Shown here: positions 63,755-64,000 of the stretch, piece after piece
Numbering within the stretch: position 1 is the stretch's first letter
How the letters are laid out: the number at the start of each line of letters is the position of its first letter
Assembly: GCF_009914755.1 (NCBI RefSeq)
Contig: NC_060939.1
DNA length: 64,000 bases
Origin: the human T2T-CHM13v2.0 reference genome, Homo sapiens
Reading direction: 5' to 3' (one strand)
Notes under the pieces: generated by a model
What the model was told of the DNA's origin: nothing
Database searches by the model: none
What the model saw: the letters and a program-made list of their open reading frames with translations, nothing else
Program-made: the position numbers and the translations under genes

Positions 63755-64000
<246 letters not shown>

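Overview
Primate genomic DNA; the translated exon matches human MGA as I recall it (15q15.1). The window covers the 5' part of MGA (MAX dimerization protein MGA, the DNA-binding scaffold of PRC1.6) on the + strand. It holds a CpG-island promoter with a probable non-coding first exon (~34.2-35.2 kb), a second CpG cluster with three E-boxes (~35.8-36.3 kb), and the 1131-nt first coding exon (43031-44161) carrying the start codon and the whole T-box. The rest is intronic or upstream DNA dense in Alu, L1M, L2/MIR, LTR and DNA-transposon fossils. Nearly all other ORFs in the track are Alu or low-complexity artefacts, and I see no tRNA, rRNA or CRISPR features. I found no self-contained new gene system. 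Best leads: (1) exon 2 can be closed into a T-box-only protein by two routes, back-splicing or intronic polyadenylation; (2) clusters of MGA/MAX/E2F6-type motifs suggest autoregulation; (3) the 5'UTR has three minimal uORFs; (4) several DNA-repair and retrotransposition scars are directly visible, including templated insertions copied from nearby DNA, TSD-flanked micro-insertions and an Alu-to-Alu conversion tract. Repeat boundaries and subfamily names were judged by eye and are approximate.
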